64,000 nt of DNA from Schmidtea polychroa (lineage: Eukaryota), in the NCBI GenBank assembly GCA_044892525.1, contig CM097885.1:53384001-53448000 (forward strand). Reading direction: 5' to 3'. The notes beneath the pieces are model-generated. The model ran no database searches, was not told the origin of the DNA, and saw only the letters and a list, made by a program, of their open reading frames with translations. Shown here in pieces: positions 11,560-21,399 of the stretch. A program made the position numbers and the translations under genes. The stretch's first letter is position 1; every line of letters begins with the position of its first letter.

Positions 11560-11739
11560 AATTGCGATTGTTAATCTTAACATATTTGTTTATGTATTAA
11601 TAAAGATTTTATTCAATTTTCATCTTTTTTTATCTTGATAATTTTTAAGAAAAAAGTTTCAAGTGTAAAAATCGATTAGTGTAAATTTTCTTATTTTATG
11701 AAACAACATGTTCATTCCTATAATAGTTTATATCAATAT

Positions 11740-12955
11740 AGTAGGTAGATAGTGGCTTACCGCAACAATTACCCCCCCCCCCCGGGGGGGGGTTGTTGCA
11801 ACTTTTTTTTTGTTGCAACTTTTTATTACGCAATTGTTGCAACTCACATTTTTTGCTTTCAGGGATTTTTGGTCCAAATTTTTTTTTATCAGACTATAGT
11901 GAGGTGAGTCTCCTTGGTCCTGAGAAATAGCTGGTCTACACTAAAAAAGCATGGTAATTTAAGGTCTCAGGATATTTTCAATACAAAAATCCGACTATCA
12001 ATAAAAAAGCATGGTAATTTAAGGTCTCAGGATATTTTCAATACATAAGCTGGTCTACACTAAAAAAGCCAAGGATTTTTCAGACTATAGTGAGGTGAGT
12101 CTCATTGGTCCTGAGAAATAGGTGGTCTACAGTAAAAAACGTGGTAAATTTTTCAATTAAAGTAAATAATGGTTCTAAAAATTAAATTACAGTAAATAAT
12201 GGTTCTAAAAATTAAAGTAAATTATGGTTCAAATTTTTCAATTAAAGTAAATAATGGTCCTAAAAAATTAAATTAAAGTAAATAATGGTCCTAAAAATTT
12301 AATTAAGGTCATAAAAATTAAATTAAAGTAAATTAAGGTTCTAAAAATTAAATTAAAGTAAATAATGGTCCAAATTTTTAAATTAAAGTAATCAATGGTC
12401 CTAAAAATTAAATTAAAGTAAATTAAGGTTCTAAAAATTAAATTAAAGTAAATTATGGTCCTAAAAATTAAATTAAAGTAAATTATGGTCCTAAAAATTA
12501 AAATTAAAGTAAATTATGGTTCAAATTTTTAAATTAAAGTAAATAATGGTTCTAAAAATTAAATTACAGTAAATTATGGTCTAAATTTTAAATTAAGTAA
12601 TCAATGGTAAAAAATTTTAAATAAGTAATAATTTTTAAATATGTAAATTAAAGTAATAATTTTTAAATAAGTAAATTAAAGTAATGTAATAAGTAAATTA
12701 AAGTAAGATTTTAAAATTTATTAACAAAAAGTTGAAGGTGTTTGAGAATTGAAATTTTTTAATGGAAATTTTTATGAAATAATTTTTTAAGTAATTTTTA
12801 ATGGAAATTTTTATGAAATATTTTTTAAGTAATTTTTAATGGAAATTTTTATGAAATATTTTTCAATGATAATTTTAGATGGAAATTTTTAAGATAACTT
12901 TTAATGAAAATTTTTATGAAATATTTTTCAAAGTCAAATGAAAATTTTAACGAAA

Positions 12956-13000
<45 letters not shown>

Positions 13001-13084
13001 TAATATATCAACCAAATACATAAAAATGAACTAGACACATAAAACACAAACAATTAACAAATGTAAAGATATAAAATTTATTCA
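11740..13084 (+). repeat. Polinton left TIR (contains C-run/G-run palindrome and ~31-bp AT-rich tandem array)
   Basis: Reverse complement of 26724-28069 from the terminus to ...AAAGATATAAAATTTATTCA. Internal repeat units differ somewhat between the two TIRs. Confidence 0.92.
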
Positions 13085-13090
13085 ATAAAA

Positions 13091-16000
13091 TTAGTCCTCA
13101 TCGGACAAAATAACGTCATCGATATCGATGTCATCTTCTTCATTAAATTCTTCCTCATCTTCTCCATCATTTTCTCCATCATTTTCTGAAACATCTTCTC
13201 CATCATTTTCTGAAACATTTTCTGCAACAATTTCTCCAACATTTTCTCCAATATTTAATTCACTTAATCTTACATGCCCATATGCAAGACTAGCATTTTT
13301 CCCCACCCAAACCCTTTTGTCATCTTTGTTTGTTAGTGCTATTATTGTGTTTTTAATTGTAAAAATTTGATGATTTTTGCTTGTTATTTTAGTCTGAGGA
13401 ACCGAAAAAATCTGGTTAGTGTTATAACAATCTAGGTATGACTGATGTTTTATGTCACTACCTTTCAATGTTACACCTTTAGCCTTTTTTGTTTCCTCAT
13501 CACCCAACAAGCTATAACATGTAGGTCTAAGAAAAACCCACTCCTTATATTTAAGACCTTTATTCTCGTCTTTGAACTTTCCAATGACTGAATCAAGGTT
13601 CTTACTATATAAGGAATGACAACTATTGTAATTGGATGTATCTAATAAATTATCTCGAATCATTGCAGGTAAAAGAACCTCAAGTTTACAGTTAATGACT
13701 TCAAGGAAAAAAGAATCTGTATCACCTGCAACGATATTAATTTTACAATTAAACTCATTGCGAAATGATTCCAGATCCTTATATTGCAATTCAAACATTC
13801 TAAGTTTAGATAGATCAAGTACAGATTGACCAATGTAACTTGGTCTATCTAAACATATAGAATCTGAATTCAATAATGCTGCGATTAAATTATCATCTAT
13901 TTTAATTGATTTTTTAAAAGTAGGCTTTGACGAATATTTAACAAGTTTACCGGCAGTTGTACAAAGACGAAGATTCATTCTTCTCTTTAAATTTTCAACT
14001 GTTTTGCCGTATAAACTGTTATTTAGCAATTTATAATAATTTTTATCTAAGTTATTTATGCTTTTTGACCGTAATTCAGTATTTGTATCTATATATTTTT
14101 TAAAAATTGGAGATTGCTTAAATCTTACACCCCTATTTACACGTGTTACTTTAACACCAAGTTCCAAATATAATTTTAATAATCTCCAATGAATAACATA
14201 ATTAGATTTTGGAAGATGAGTTAATAATAATTTTTCAACCTTAGACCCAGCAGGTTTCATTTTTTCAGCAGCTACAGGGAAATCATCCAACTTATCATGA
14301 AGCTCAGAAGGAATTACAAGATCAACTTCAAGTGTGTATCCATAAGACAAAGATTCAAGATTTAAATTCCTACATTCATCCATTATTTTATCAAATCCAT
14401 CAAGAACCCAACAAAATTCGCCACAAGGTAATGATTGACTTAAAGCCCAACCATAAAGATTATTAATATCTATATAAAGTAACTCGGTGTTCTCGTCGGT
14501 TTTTACGTAATGCTTATTCACAAAAGTAAGACCGCCTCTTATTCCACCCTCATAAAAGCTAAACATTTCGTTTTCAGTTATGAGTTCAATTGGTTCATTT
14601 AAAGACATTAATGCAGAAGACCAAGACATACCTGGAATTCCGAAATAATTCAAAGGCTCTAATCTATTGTGAGCAATTGATTTCAACCTAAACTGATGAA
14701 AGAAATCAGCCAAAAGAAAACAATCAAGTTTTAGGTAGATCATCATATAATCTAATAAAGTTCTGCAATTAGATTCTACCCAAATCTCCTGAGCTTTTTC
14801 ATACTCAAGCTCAGTGACACCCTCCCAGATTGGTGGTAATTCATACGTAGTTTGTAGAACATCTAAAGAAGTGGCGAAATTATAAGGGAAGATTCCTTTT
14901 TCACATACTATGGTGCCAGAAAAAGCAGAATTAGTAAAAGGCAAAGAATTCAAAGTTTTGACTGCTTTAGCCAAAGAATCATTGACAAATTGATATGAAT
15001 CAATGAATCTTAGGCTAATTTTGCCTAAATGAGCAATCAAAGATATAAATTTTTCCGTAGTTATTGGGATGCACCCTAAATTCCAATTTTTAAATTTATT
15101 TAATCCATATTTAAGTATATGATGCATATCGTATCCCTTCAAGTTGTGAAATACGATAGGCAAAATTTTATTTATTTTTCTATTTACGTTACATGTGCTA
15201 CAAGCTGCACCCAAGTATTTGCCCGTAAAATGATCGTGATCTCTAACAGGATCCACGATAGATTTCAAACAAAGATAACAAACCGTTGAATTAATGAATT
15301 GTTGTTGCTCATTTTTAGTTAATTTAATCATTGGTTTCCTACCCATTTTATAATAAAAAGGAAGAACCTTATTTAATGCTATATCCTCTATAGCACTTAA
15401 AAAACTCTCGACGCAATCTAAACCTATGAACTGCTGATAAGATTTAGATCCGTCAAAGTTATTTACTAGTAAAAGACCAGCAGATATTGGCATGTGTCGC
15501 TGAAAATGATCATTATCACAAGGTAAAATAGCCTCAAAATCGGCATAAACTACGAAAGGAGGAGTTACTGTTTTCGACCAGTCAGTAAACTGTAAGAATT
15601 TATTTTGAGGGAAAGTATAAAGAGTAGTTCCTAATTGATTGCGTTTGCATAATATTTCATGTTTTTCTAGTGCGTTTCTATTGTTAAAACCATTCAAACA
15701 ACGATGACACCATATTGATCGTATGCGTGTAGGACAACTAGTGTTTATGTTGCAATTCAGTAACCTATTTAAATTGCTTATAGCAATGTAATGGAAATTG
15801 TTCCCTTTATTTAATAAAAGTAAATTAATTACTGTTCCATTTAAAACTTTTGAACGTTGTATAATGTCTAAATGGGGGTGTTCTAAAACGTAATTATCTA
15901 TTAATTGCTTGTTATTGTCATAAGAAAAAACGTTAATTATTAAACCAGGATTTTTGGCCTCGAATTTTCTAATATCTTTTAATTTCATTGGTAAGTCTAA

Positions 16001-17164
16001 TGGATTATATATTAACTCAGATAAATTATAACTGGATGTTCTATTTCTATATTGGCTAATAACCTCATCATATTTTAAAATAGCTAAAATGCTATATAAA
16101 AAACATGAATCGTCGGTATTTTTTACATTAATTAAGCAGTTTTTATTTTTTAGACAAGTAGGTAGTTCAATGAAACTCCTACCACTTAATCTACTTAACC
16201 TACTTATTTTTGTTATGGTGAAGTGGATTTCAGTTATTTTTTTTATAATCCAACTACTTCCTAACTCTGTAATATTACTTATTTTCTCGTTTAGTTCCCT
16301 AATGCCTTCGTCAAAAAATGTTGAAGTTAAAGGTTTTGCGTAATTCGAAATATTATTAACCTTTATTTCCCCGTCTTTTTCAAATTCGATTGTTATTCCG
16401 AATTGAATTTTGACGGAGCCTAATTCGTTAATAATATCTCGTAATTTTATAATTAATTGTTCTGGAAATATTATTTCCTTTATATTCAAGTTACTTGTAT
16501 TTAGACTTAAAATTTGATGTGTACCCCTTAAATCTTTTTGTACTATGGGTACATTACCTCCTATTTGTACATTAGTAGTCGAAGAGTCGAGTGAAAGATT
16601 ATCAAATTCATTATTGGGTTCATCTACATCCCAAGAGTCGAGTGAAAGATTATCAAATTCATTATTGGGTTCATCTACATCCCAAGAGTCGAGTGAAAGA
16701 TTATCAAATTCATTATAGGATTCATCAACTAATCCGACCTGGGATTCAACAAAAGGCAATCCATCATTGGATTCAGCAAAAGACAATCCATCATTGGATT
16801 CAGCAAAAGACAATCCATCATTGGATTCAGCAAAAGACAATCCATCATTGGATTCATCAACTAATCCGACCTGGGATTCAACAAATGTATTTAATTTAAT
16901 TTTTTTATTAGTAGTATTTATTTCAATAGTTGAAGGACGTTTAAAAATAACATCTTTTTTAGAATTGAACCTATCTAAATGTTGTTTATGCTTATTATAA
17001 AAAACGCTATATGTTAAGGGCTCGCTAATCTTACATATGGGGCATATAAAAAAAGTTTTATTATAGTATTTTTTTGAATAATAATTCTCCATTATAGAAT
17101 GGCAATTATTATGTTCTTTCGACGAACAATAATTTGGGTAAAGTATACCTAAAAATATATACAT
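13091..17164 (-). CDS. Protein-primed family B DNA polymerase (pPolB)
   Basis: 1357 aa. Exonuclease VYADFEA and FHNLKGYD, DHDHFTGKYLGAACSTCN, YIDINNLYGWAL, KLLNNSLYGK, GDTDS. N-terminal tandem peptide repeats and an acidic tail. Confidence 0.96.
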   Translation of the reverse strand: MYIFLGILYPNYCSSKEHNNCHSIMENYYSKKYYNKTFFICPICKISEPLTYSVFYNKHKQHLDRFNSKKDVIFKRPSTIEINTTNKKIKLNTFVESQVGLVDESNDGLSFAESNDGLSFAESNDGLSFAESNDGLPFVESQVGLVDESYNEFDNLSLDSWDVDEPNNEFDNLSLDSWDVDEPNNEFDNLSLDSSTTNVQIGGNVPIVQKDLRGTHQILSLNTSNLNIKEIIFPEQLIIKLRDIINELGSVKIQFGITIEFEKDGEIKVNNISNYAKPLTSTFFDEGIRELNEKISNITELGSSWIIKKITEIHFTITKISRLSRLSGRSFIELPTCLKNKNCLINVKNTDDSCFLYSILAILKYDEVISQYRNRTSSYNLSELIYNPLDLPMKLKDIRKFEAKNPGLIINVFSYDNNKQLIDNYVLEHPHLDIIQRSKVLNGTVINLLLLNKGNNFHYIAISNLNRLLNCNINTSCPTRIRSIWCHRCLNGFNNRNALEKHEILCKRNQLGTTLYTFPQNKFLQFTDWSKTVTPPFVVYADFEAILPCDNDHFQRHMPISAGLLLVNNFDGSKSYQQFIGLDCVESFLSAIEDIALNKVLPFYYKMGRKPMIKLTKNEQQQFINSTVCYLCLKSIVDPVRDHDHFTGKYLGAACSTCNVNRKINKILPIVFHNLKGYDMHHILKYGLNKFKNWNLGCIPITTEKFISLIAHLGKISLRFIDSYQFVNDSLAKAVKTLNSLPFTNSAFSGTIVCEKGIFPYNFATSLDVLQTTYELPPIWEGVTELEYEKAQEIWVESNCRTLLDYMMIYLKLDCFLLADFFHQFRLKSIAHNRLEPLNYFGIPGMSWSSALMSLNEPIELITENEMFSFYEGGIRGGLTFVNKHYVKTDENTELLYIDINNLYGWALSQSLPCGEFCWVLDGFDKIMDECRNLNLESLSYGYTLEVDLVIPSELHDKLDDFPVAAEKMKPAGSKVEKLLLTHLPKSNYVIHWRLLKLYLELGVKVTRVNRGVRFKQSPIFKKYIDTNTELRSKSINNLDKNYYKLLNNSLYGKTVENLKRRMNLRLCTTAGKLVKYSSKPTFKKSIKIDDNLIAALLNSDSICLDRPSYIGQSVLDLSKLRMFELQYKDLESFRNEFNCKINIVAGDTDSFFLEVINCKLEVLLPAMIRDNLLDTSNYNSCHSLYSKNLDSVIGKFKDENKGLKYKEWVFLRPTCYSLLGDEETKKAKGVTLKGSDIKHQSYLDCYNTNQIFSVPQTKITSKNHQIFTIKNTIIALTNKDDKRVWVGKNASLAYGHVRLSELNIGENVGEIVAENVSENDGEDVSENDGENDGEDEEEFNEEDDIDIDDVILSDED

Positions 17165-17295
17165 TTAAAAATTTGGCTAAAACATTTGATAAAAATAATA
17201 CTATTAAAATTTTCTTATAATTTTGCATGTATGCATCCAATCAAAATTAATTATTTGCTATAAATGATAATTTAATGAAATAAATTTAACAAAAA

Positions 17296-17731
17296 ATGTC
17301 TACTATAAATAGTATCCTATTAGAAGAAAATAGTACATCAGTTATAGGTATGGTATGTAAACCTCCTATTCAATTCCTTCAATATAATATGTACTATTTG
17401 AAATATCCTATTACTTATTCGTTCAAGGTAATTTTTTTTTATTTAATTATTTAATATTAATTTGTTATAGGAACCAGTTAATTTAAAAACATGTCAATTC
17501 AATATTCAAATTGGAGATATTGGGGAAGAAGATAGAAAAAATCTTGGAGAAATTCTTAAATTAATTAATAAAGAAATGATTTTTAATGAAAAATTTACAT
17601 TTATCAATTGTGAAAAAGGGTGTAAATTAGACGAAGATAAAAAATCAAAAGTGCGAATACTTATTCAAGGAGTCAAGATAAATGGAGTTATAATTAAACC
17701 AATTTGGAAAATTACAAATGTTTTTGAATAA
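17296..17731 (+). CDS. Spliced 130-aa Polinton protein, possibly an OB-fold ssDNA-binding protein
   Basis: Exon 1 17296-17427 (44 codons), 43-nt GT-AG intron 17428-17470, exon 2 17471-17731 open to TAA overlapping AATAAA. The gene diverges from pPolB. Function is inferred only from a beta-rich C-terminus (SKVRILIQGVKINGVIIKPIWKITNV). Confidence 0.6.
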
Positions 17732-17799
17732 ATATTTAAGTGTTATTTTAAATGTTGTTGAAAAAATTTTAAAGTTAATAAGTATTTAATAAGGGTCAG

Positions 17800-18088
17800 A
17801 TTATTATATTAAAGACTACTGCATGCTCACTGCAGACTATTATGTAGCTACGTGCTCACTGTAGACTACATTATTATATTAAAGACTACTGCATGCTCAC
17901 TGCAGACTATTATGTAGCTACGTGCTCACTGTAGACTACATTATTATATTAAAGACTACTGCATGCTCACTGCAGACTATTATGTAGCTACGTGCTCACT
18001 GTAGACTACATTATTATATTAAAGACTACTGCATGCTCACTGCAGACTATTATGTAGCTACGTGCTCACTGTAGACTACATTATTATT
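17800..18088. repeat. Perfect 70-bp tandem repeat x4
   Basis: AAAGACTACTGCATGCTCACTGCAGACTA... recurs at 17811, 17881, 17951 and 18021. Confidence 0.95.
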
Positions 18089-18089
18089 A

Positions 18090-18660
18090 TCATTATAAAA
18101 AAAAAATTTTACGAGGGATTTCCCCTTATTTCAAAATAAATATCATTAATAATTATCATTAATAATAATTTCATTATAAAATATTATTTAAAAATGTTAA
18201 TAATTCATCATTATATAAAAAAATTTACGAGGGATTTCCCCTTATTTCAAAATAAATATCATTAATAATTATCATTAATAATAATTTCATTATAAAATAT
18301 TATTTAAAAATGTTAATAATTCATCATTATATAAAATATTTTACGAGGGATTTCCCCTTATTTCAAAATAAATATCATTAAAAAATATCATTAATAATAA
18401 TTTCATTATAAAATATTATTTAAAAATGTTAATAATTTCATCATTATATAAAAAAAAAATTTTTTACGAGGGATTTACCCTTATTTTACTCTTAAGATAA
18501 AATTTTATTAAAAATATTAATAATCATTTTTAAAAATATTAATAATTTCATTATAAAATATTATTAAAAAATTTTTTACGAGGGATTTACCCTTATTTTT
18601 ACTCTTAAGATAAAATTTTATTAAAAATATTAATAATTTCATTATAAAATATTATTTAAA
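18090..18660. repeat. ~115-bp tandem repeat x5 with core ACGAGGGATTT(C/A)CCCTTATT
   Basis: Core at 18111, 18227, 18343, 18466 and 18578, separated by AT-rich spacers. Confidence 0.9.
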
Positions 18661-18679
18661 AATTGATAAAAATACTTAC

Positions 18680-18950
18680 ATTTGTCATTTTTCATTGTCG
18701 CATTTTTAACATTTTTCATTGTCGCATTATTAACATTTTTCATTGTCGCATTATTAACATTTTTCATTGTTTCATTATTAACATTTTTCATTGTTTCATT
18801 ATTAGCTTTTTTCATTGTCGCATTTTTAACATTTTTCATTGTTGCATTTTTAACATTTTTCATTGTTTCATTTTTAACATTTTTCATTGTTGCATTATTA
18901 GCATTTTTCATTGTTGCATTTTTAACATTTTTCATTGTTGCATTATTATT
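18680..18950. repeat. 24-bp tandem minisatellite (about 11 units)
   Basis: Unit approximately TTAACATTTTTCATTGT(C/T)GCATT(T/A). It produces repetitive ORFs in several frames. Confidence 0.9.
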
Positions 18951-19124
18951 ATTCATTTTTGATTTTTATCTAAAAATAATTAAATTTTAATAATTAAAAA
19001 ATAAAATTCTTACAATCCTTGGTACTAGCAAATTATGACCAAATTTTAAAAACAAATCATTTATATACTTCTTCTTCTACGTAATACATTACGTAATAAT
19101 TAAAGGATTAAATTTGATACCGTG

Positions 19125-19250
19125 CGTAATAATTAAAGGATTAAATAACTTACATAATAATTAAAGGATTAAATAACTTACATAATAATTAAAGGATTAA
19201 ATAACTTACATAATAATTAAAGGATTTAATACCTTACATAATAATTAACT
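19125..19250. repeat. 27-bp tandem repeat (about 4-5 units)
   Basis: TTACATAATAATTAAAGGATTAAATAAC repeated. Confidence 0.8.
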
Positions 19251-19384
19251 TAATTAAAGATTTAGTTTAATAATCAACTAAAATTTAAATTTTAATAATC
19301 AATTATATTGAATTAATAATCAACTAAAAATTTATTGAAATAATCAGCTAAAATTTATTGAAAACAACTTTTTATTATAAAAAT

Positions 19385-19780
19385 TTATTTCATTGACTTT
19401 AACCAAGCCAAACAATGTTGTCCACATGTTTTTGTTATAGGGTTTTGGTAACGTATTCGATTGTATTCAATTGGCATTGACATTGATTGTAGTTTATTGA
19501 TTAATATAGGTGGATAATAGAATCCCATTGGATCAAATGCATATATTTTGTCTGGTTTCACGTATACTGCAAGCCAATGTTCACCATTCAGATTAGCAGA
19601 TTGAGTATTTACAATTATTGCTTTGTTGACATCTAAATAAGGTATTTTGTCTAATGGGAAAACACCTAGAAATTCTTTTCCTAGTAATTTTCTTCCGATA
19701 ACATGTATCTGAATAATTAAATAATTTAAATTAATTCTTACTTCATATTTGATTAATTGATTTTCGATATTTGGTTTATA
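19385..19780 (-). CDS. Adenain-like (C5) cysteine maturation protease; no in-frame ATG found
   Basis: Not in the ORF track. Translation: FLGVFPLDKIP...IIVNTQSANLNGEHWLAV...YAFDPMG...YQNPITKTCGQHCLAWL (His, Asp, Gln, Cys catalytic pattern). Possible 33-nt in-frame GT-AG intron at 19709-19741. Confidence 0.85.
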   Translation of the reverse strand, partial: YKPNIENQLIKYEVRINLNYLIIQIHVIGRKLLGKEFLGVFPLDKIPYLDVNKAIIVNTQSANLNGEHWLAVYVKPDKIYAFDPMGFYYPPILINKLQSMSMPIEYNRIRYQNPITKTCGQHCLAWLKSMK

Positions 19781-21004
19781 TTATACCAAAACAGTACGAG
19801 TAGATGTAATTTGAATTTCTTTTTCAAAAACTCCATATACAATTACAGAAACGGCTTCAGTAAGTGAAGATGCGAATTTAATATCTAATCGCAAATTTCC
19901 ACTTTGTGGTAACTGACTTTGATGAAGATCAAAATCTGGTGCCAATACGAATGTAAAGAATGGATACTTGCTCTTAAAATCAGACATGGTGATACCACAA
20001 TTCATATTTTTATTTAGATAACCCATATTTCTAATAATCGATTGCATATAACTTGTACTATAATCATCATTCTCAAAATCTTGACTATATTTTTCGCGAT
20101 AATCACTTCCTTTACTTAAAGTTATGGACTTGACATTAAAGTGATCAAATAAAGAAAATGATTCTGAAAACGATCCACTAAATCTTTTACTAGATTGAAA
20201 TGCAACAAGTATAAAATTAGGTAATCGTCTATCTCCAAATATTTGTTCTTTATAAAAAGAGGAAGAACCAATAGGTAATGAGAAATCAACAACTTCTTTG
20301 CTTCTTAAAGGATAAATTGCATTTTTGGTAGACAGACCAATTTGATGTCCTGCCAAAACCGATGGTTCAACACGAACTCTTCTAACCATTAATTTTGCGT
20401 CTAATAATAAAATTTTCGGTTCAATTTTCGCACAAGTTAAACTAAGTGTTGGATTTGATCTTGTTAATTTAATTTGAACACTAACACCTGGTAGTAAATA
20501 TTTAGGTTGATCAAAGAAATCAAATTGAAGTGGGGAACATAAAGAAAAGGATTTTGATTTTTCAATCCATGTTTTTCTCGTAAGATCTTTGTTAGTATAC
20601 CCCATTCCACCTAAAGATGTTCGTTTAGTATCTCCGTCATAATTTATAAGTGTTTCAATTAATGCTTTGTGGGCAAATCTATCATTTGATCCTTCAACTT
20701 TGATTGAATTAAAAATTAATTCAACATCTTTAAAAAGGGTTTGGAAGAAGAAATTATTTGGAATTACTTCTGATTCGCCTAAATTCTCACCTAAATTATT
20801 AACAACTTTCAATTGAATATATAACAAAGTATCATTCAAATCTAAATATTCAGTCTGCGATCCATTTATGTAAAATTGAATCGAAGAAGAACCGGCATCT
20901 GTAATTGAATTTCTTGGGTATACATCTTCAAATGCTCCATGTTCAATCACTGCTTGGGGAGAAGGTCTATCAAAAAGACATAATTCTGATTTAGCACTAA
21001 TCAT
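19781..21004 (-). CDS. Major capsid protein (double jelly-roll, Polinton PY)
   Basis: 407 aa. AKSELCLFDRPSPQ...IQFYINGSQTEYLDLNDTLLY, QPKYLLPGVSVQIKLTR and GNLRLDIKFA are typical Polinton MCP motifs. Confidence 0.9.
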   Translation of the reverse strand: MISAKSELCLFDRPSPQAVIEHGAFEDVYPRNSITDAGSSSIQFYINGSQTEYLDLNDTLLYIQLKVVNNLGENLGESEVIPNNFFFQTLFKDVELIFNSIKVEGSNDRFAHKALIETLINYDGDTKRTSLGGMGYTNKDLTRKTWIEKSKSFSLCSPLQFDFFDQPKYLLPGVSVQIKLTRSNPTLSLTCAKIEPKILLLDAKLMVRRVRVEPSVLAGHQIGLSTKNAIYPLRSKEVVDFSLPIGSSSFYKEQIFGDRRLPNFILVAFQSSKRFSGSFSESFSLFDHFNVKSITLSKGSDYREKYSQDFENDDYSTSYMQSIIRNMGYLNKNMNCGITMSDFKSKYPFFTFVLAPDFDLHQSQLPQSGNLRLDIKFASSLTEAVSVIVYGVFEKEIQITSTRTVLV

Positions 21005-21399
21005 TTTTCAAAGATGGTACCATATCCTTTCATTCTTTTGTTTATATGTTTCTTCATAATTTTTCGGCGTTTAAGTATTCCGCCTTTTTGTTCTTTATCA
21101 TTTTTAAATACATCGGATACTTTATTAATTACTTCAGGTAAATGTTGCATCACAGCTGGTAATGATTCTTTAATTTCAGAAATTGCATTTGATTTTAAAG
21201 CAGGCAAGATATTTGCATTGTTATTTATTACGTCATTAGCTGTTTTCATACCAAAATTTCCTATTCGTCTAAGAATTGGGAGTGCAAATCTACCTATTGT
21301 CTTCAACCAACCGGTTCCATATTGTTTACCAACAAAATATGGTAAATCACCACCCGATTGGTTACTACTATAAAAATGTATTATGTCAGGATTACTCAT
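21001..21399 (-). CDS. Conserved small Polinton virion protein with amphipathic helix and GG-type cleavage motifs
   Basis: QSGG, QYGTGWLKTIGRFALPILRRIG, QKGG and a basic tail. It overlaps the MCP start (ATGA). Confidence 0.7.
   Translation of the reverse strand: MSNPDIIHFYSSNQSGGDLPYFVGKQYGTGWLKTIGRFALPILRRIGNFGMKTANDVINNNANILPALKSNAISEIKESLPAVMQHLPEVINKVSDVFKNDKEQKGGILKRRKIMKKHINKRMKGYGTIFEK

Noticed and set aside
16591..17000. Repetitive plus-strand ORFs
   Set aside because: Antisense shadows of the in-frame repeats in pPolB.
17800..18088. Regular repeats resembling a CRISPR array
   Set aside because: The units are identical head-to-tail with no unique spacers, no cas genes are present, and the context is eukaryotic.
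18642..18990. ORFs NATMKNVK(n), FHCRIFNI(n) and FFIVAFLT(n)
   Set aside because: They are open in three frames only because of a stop-free 24-bp minisatellite. There is no other coding evidence.
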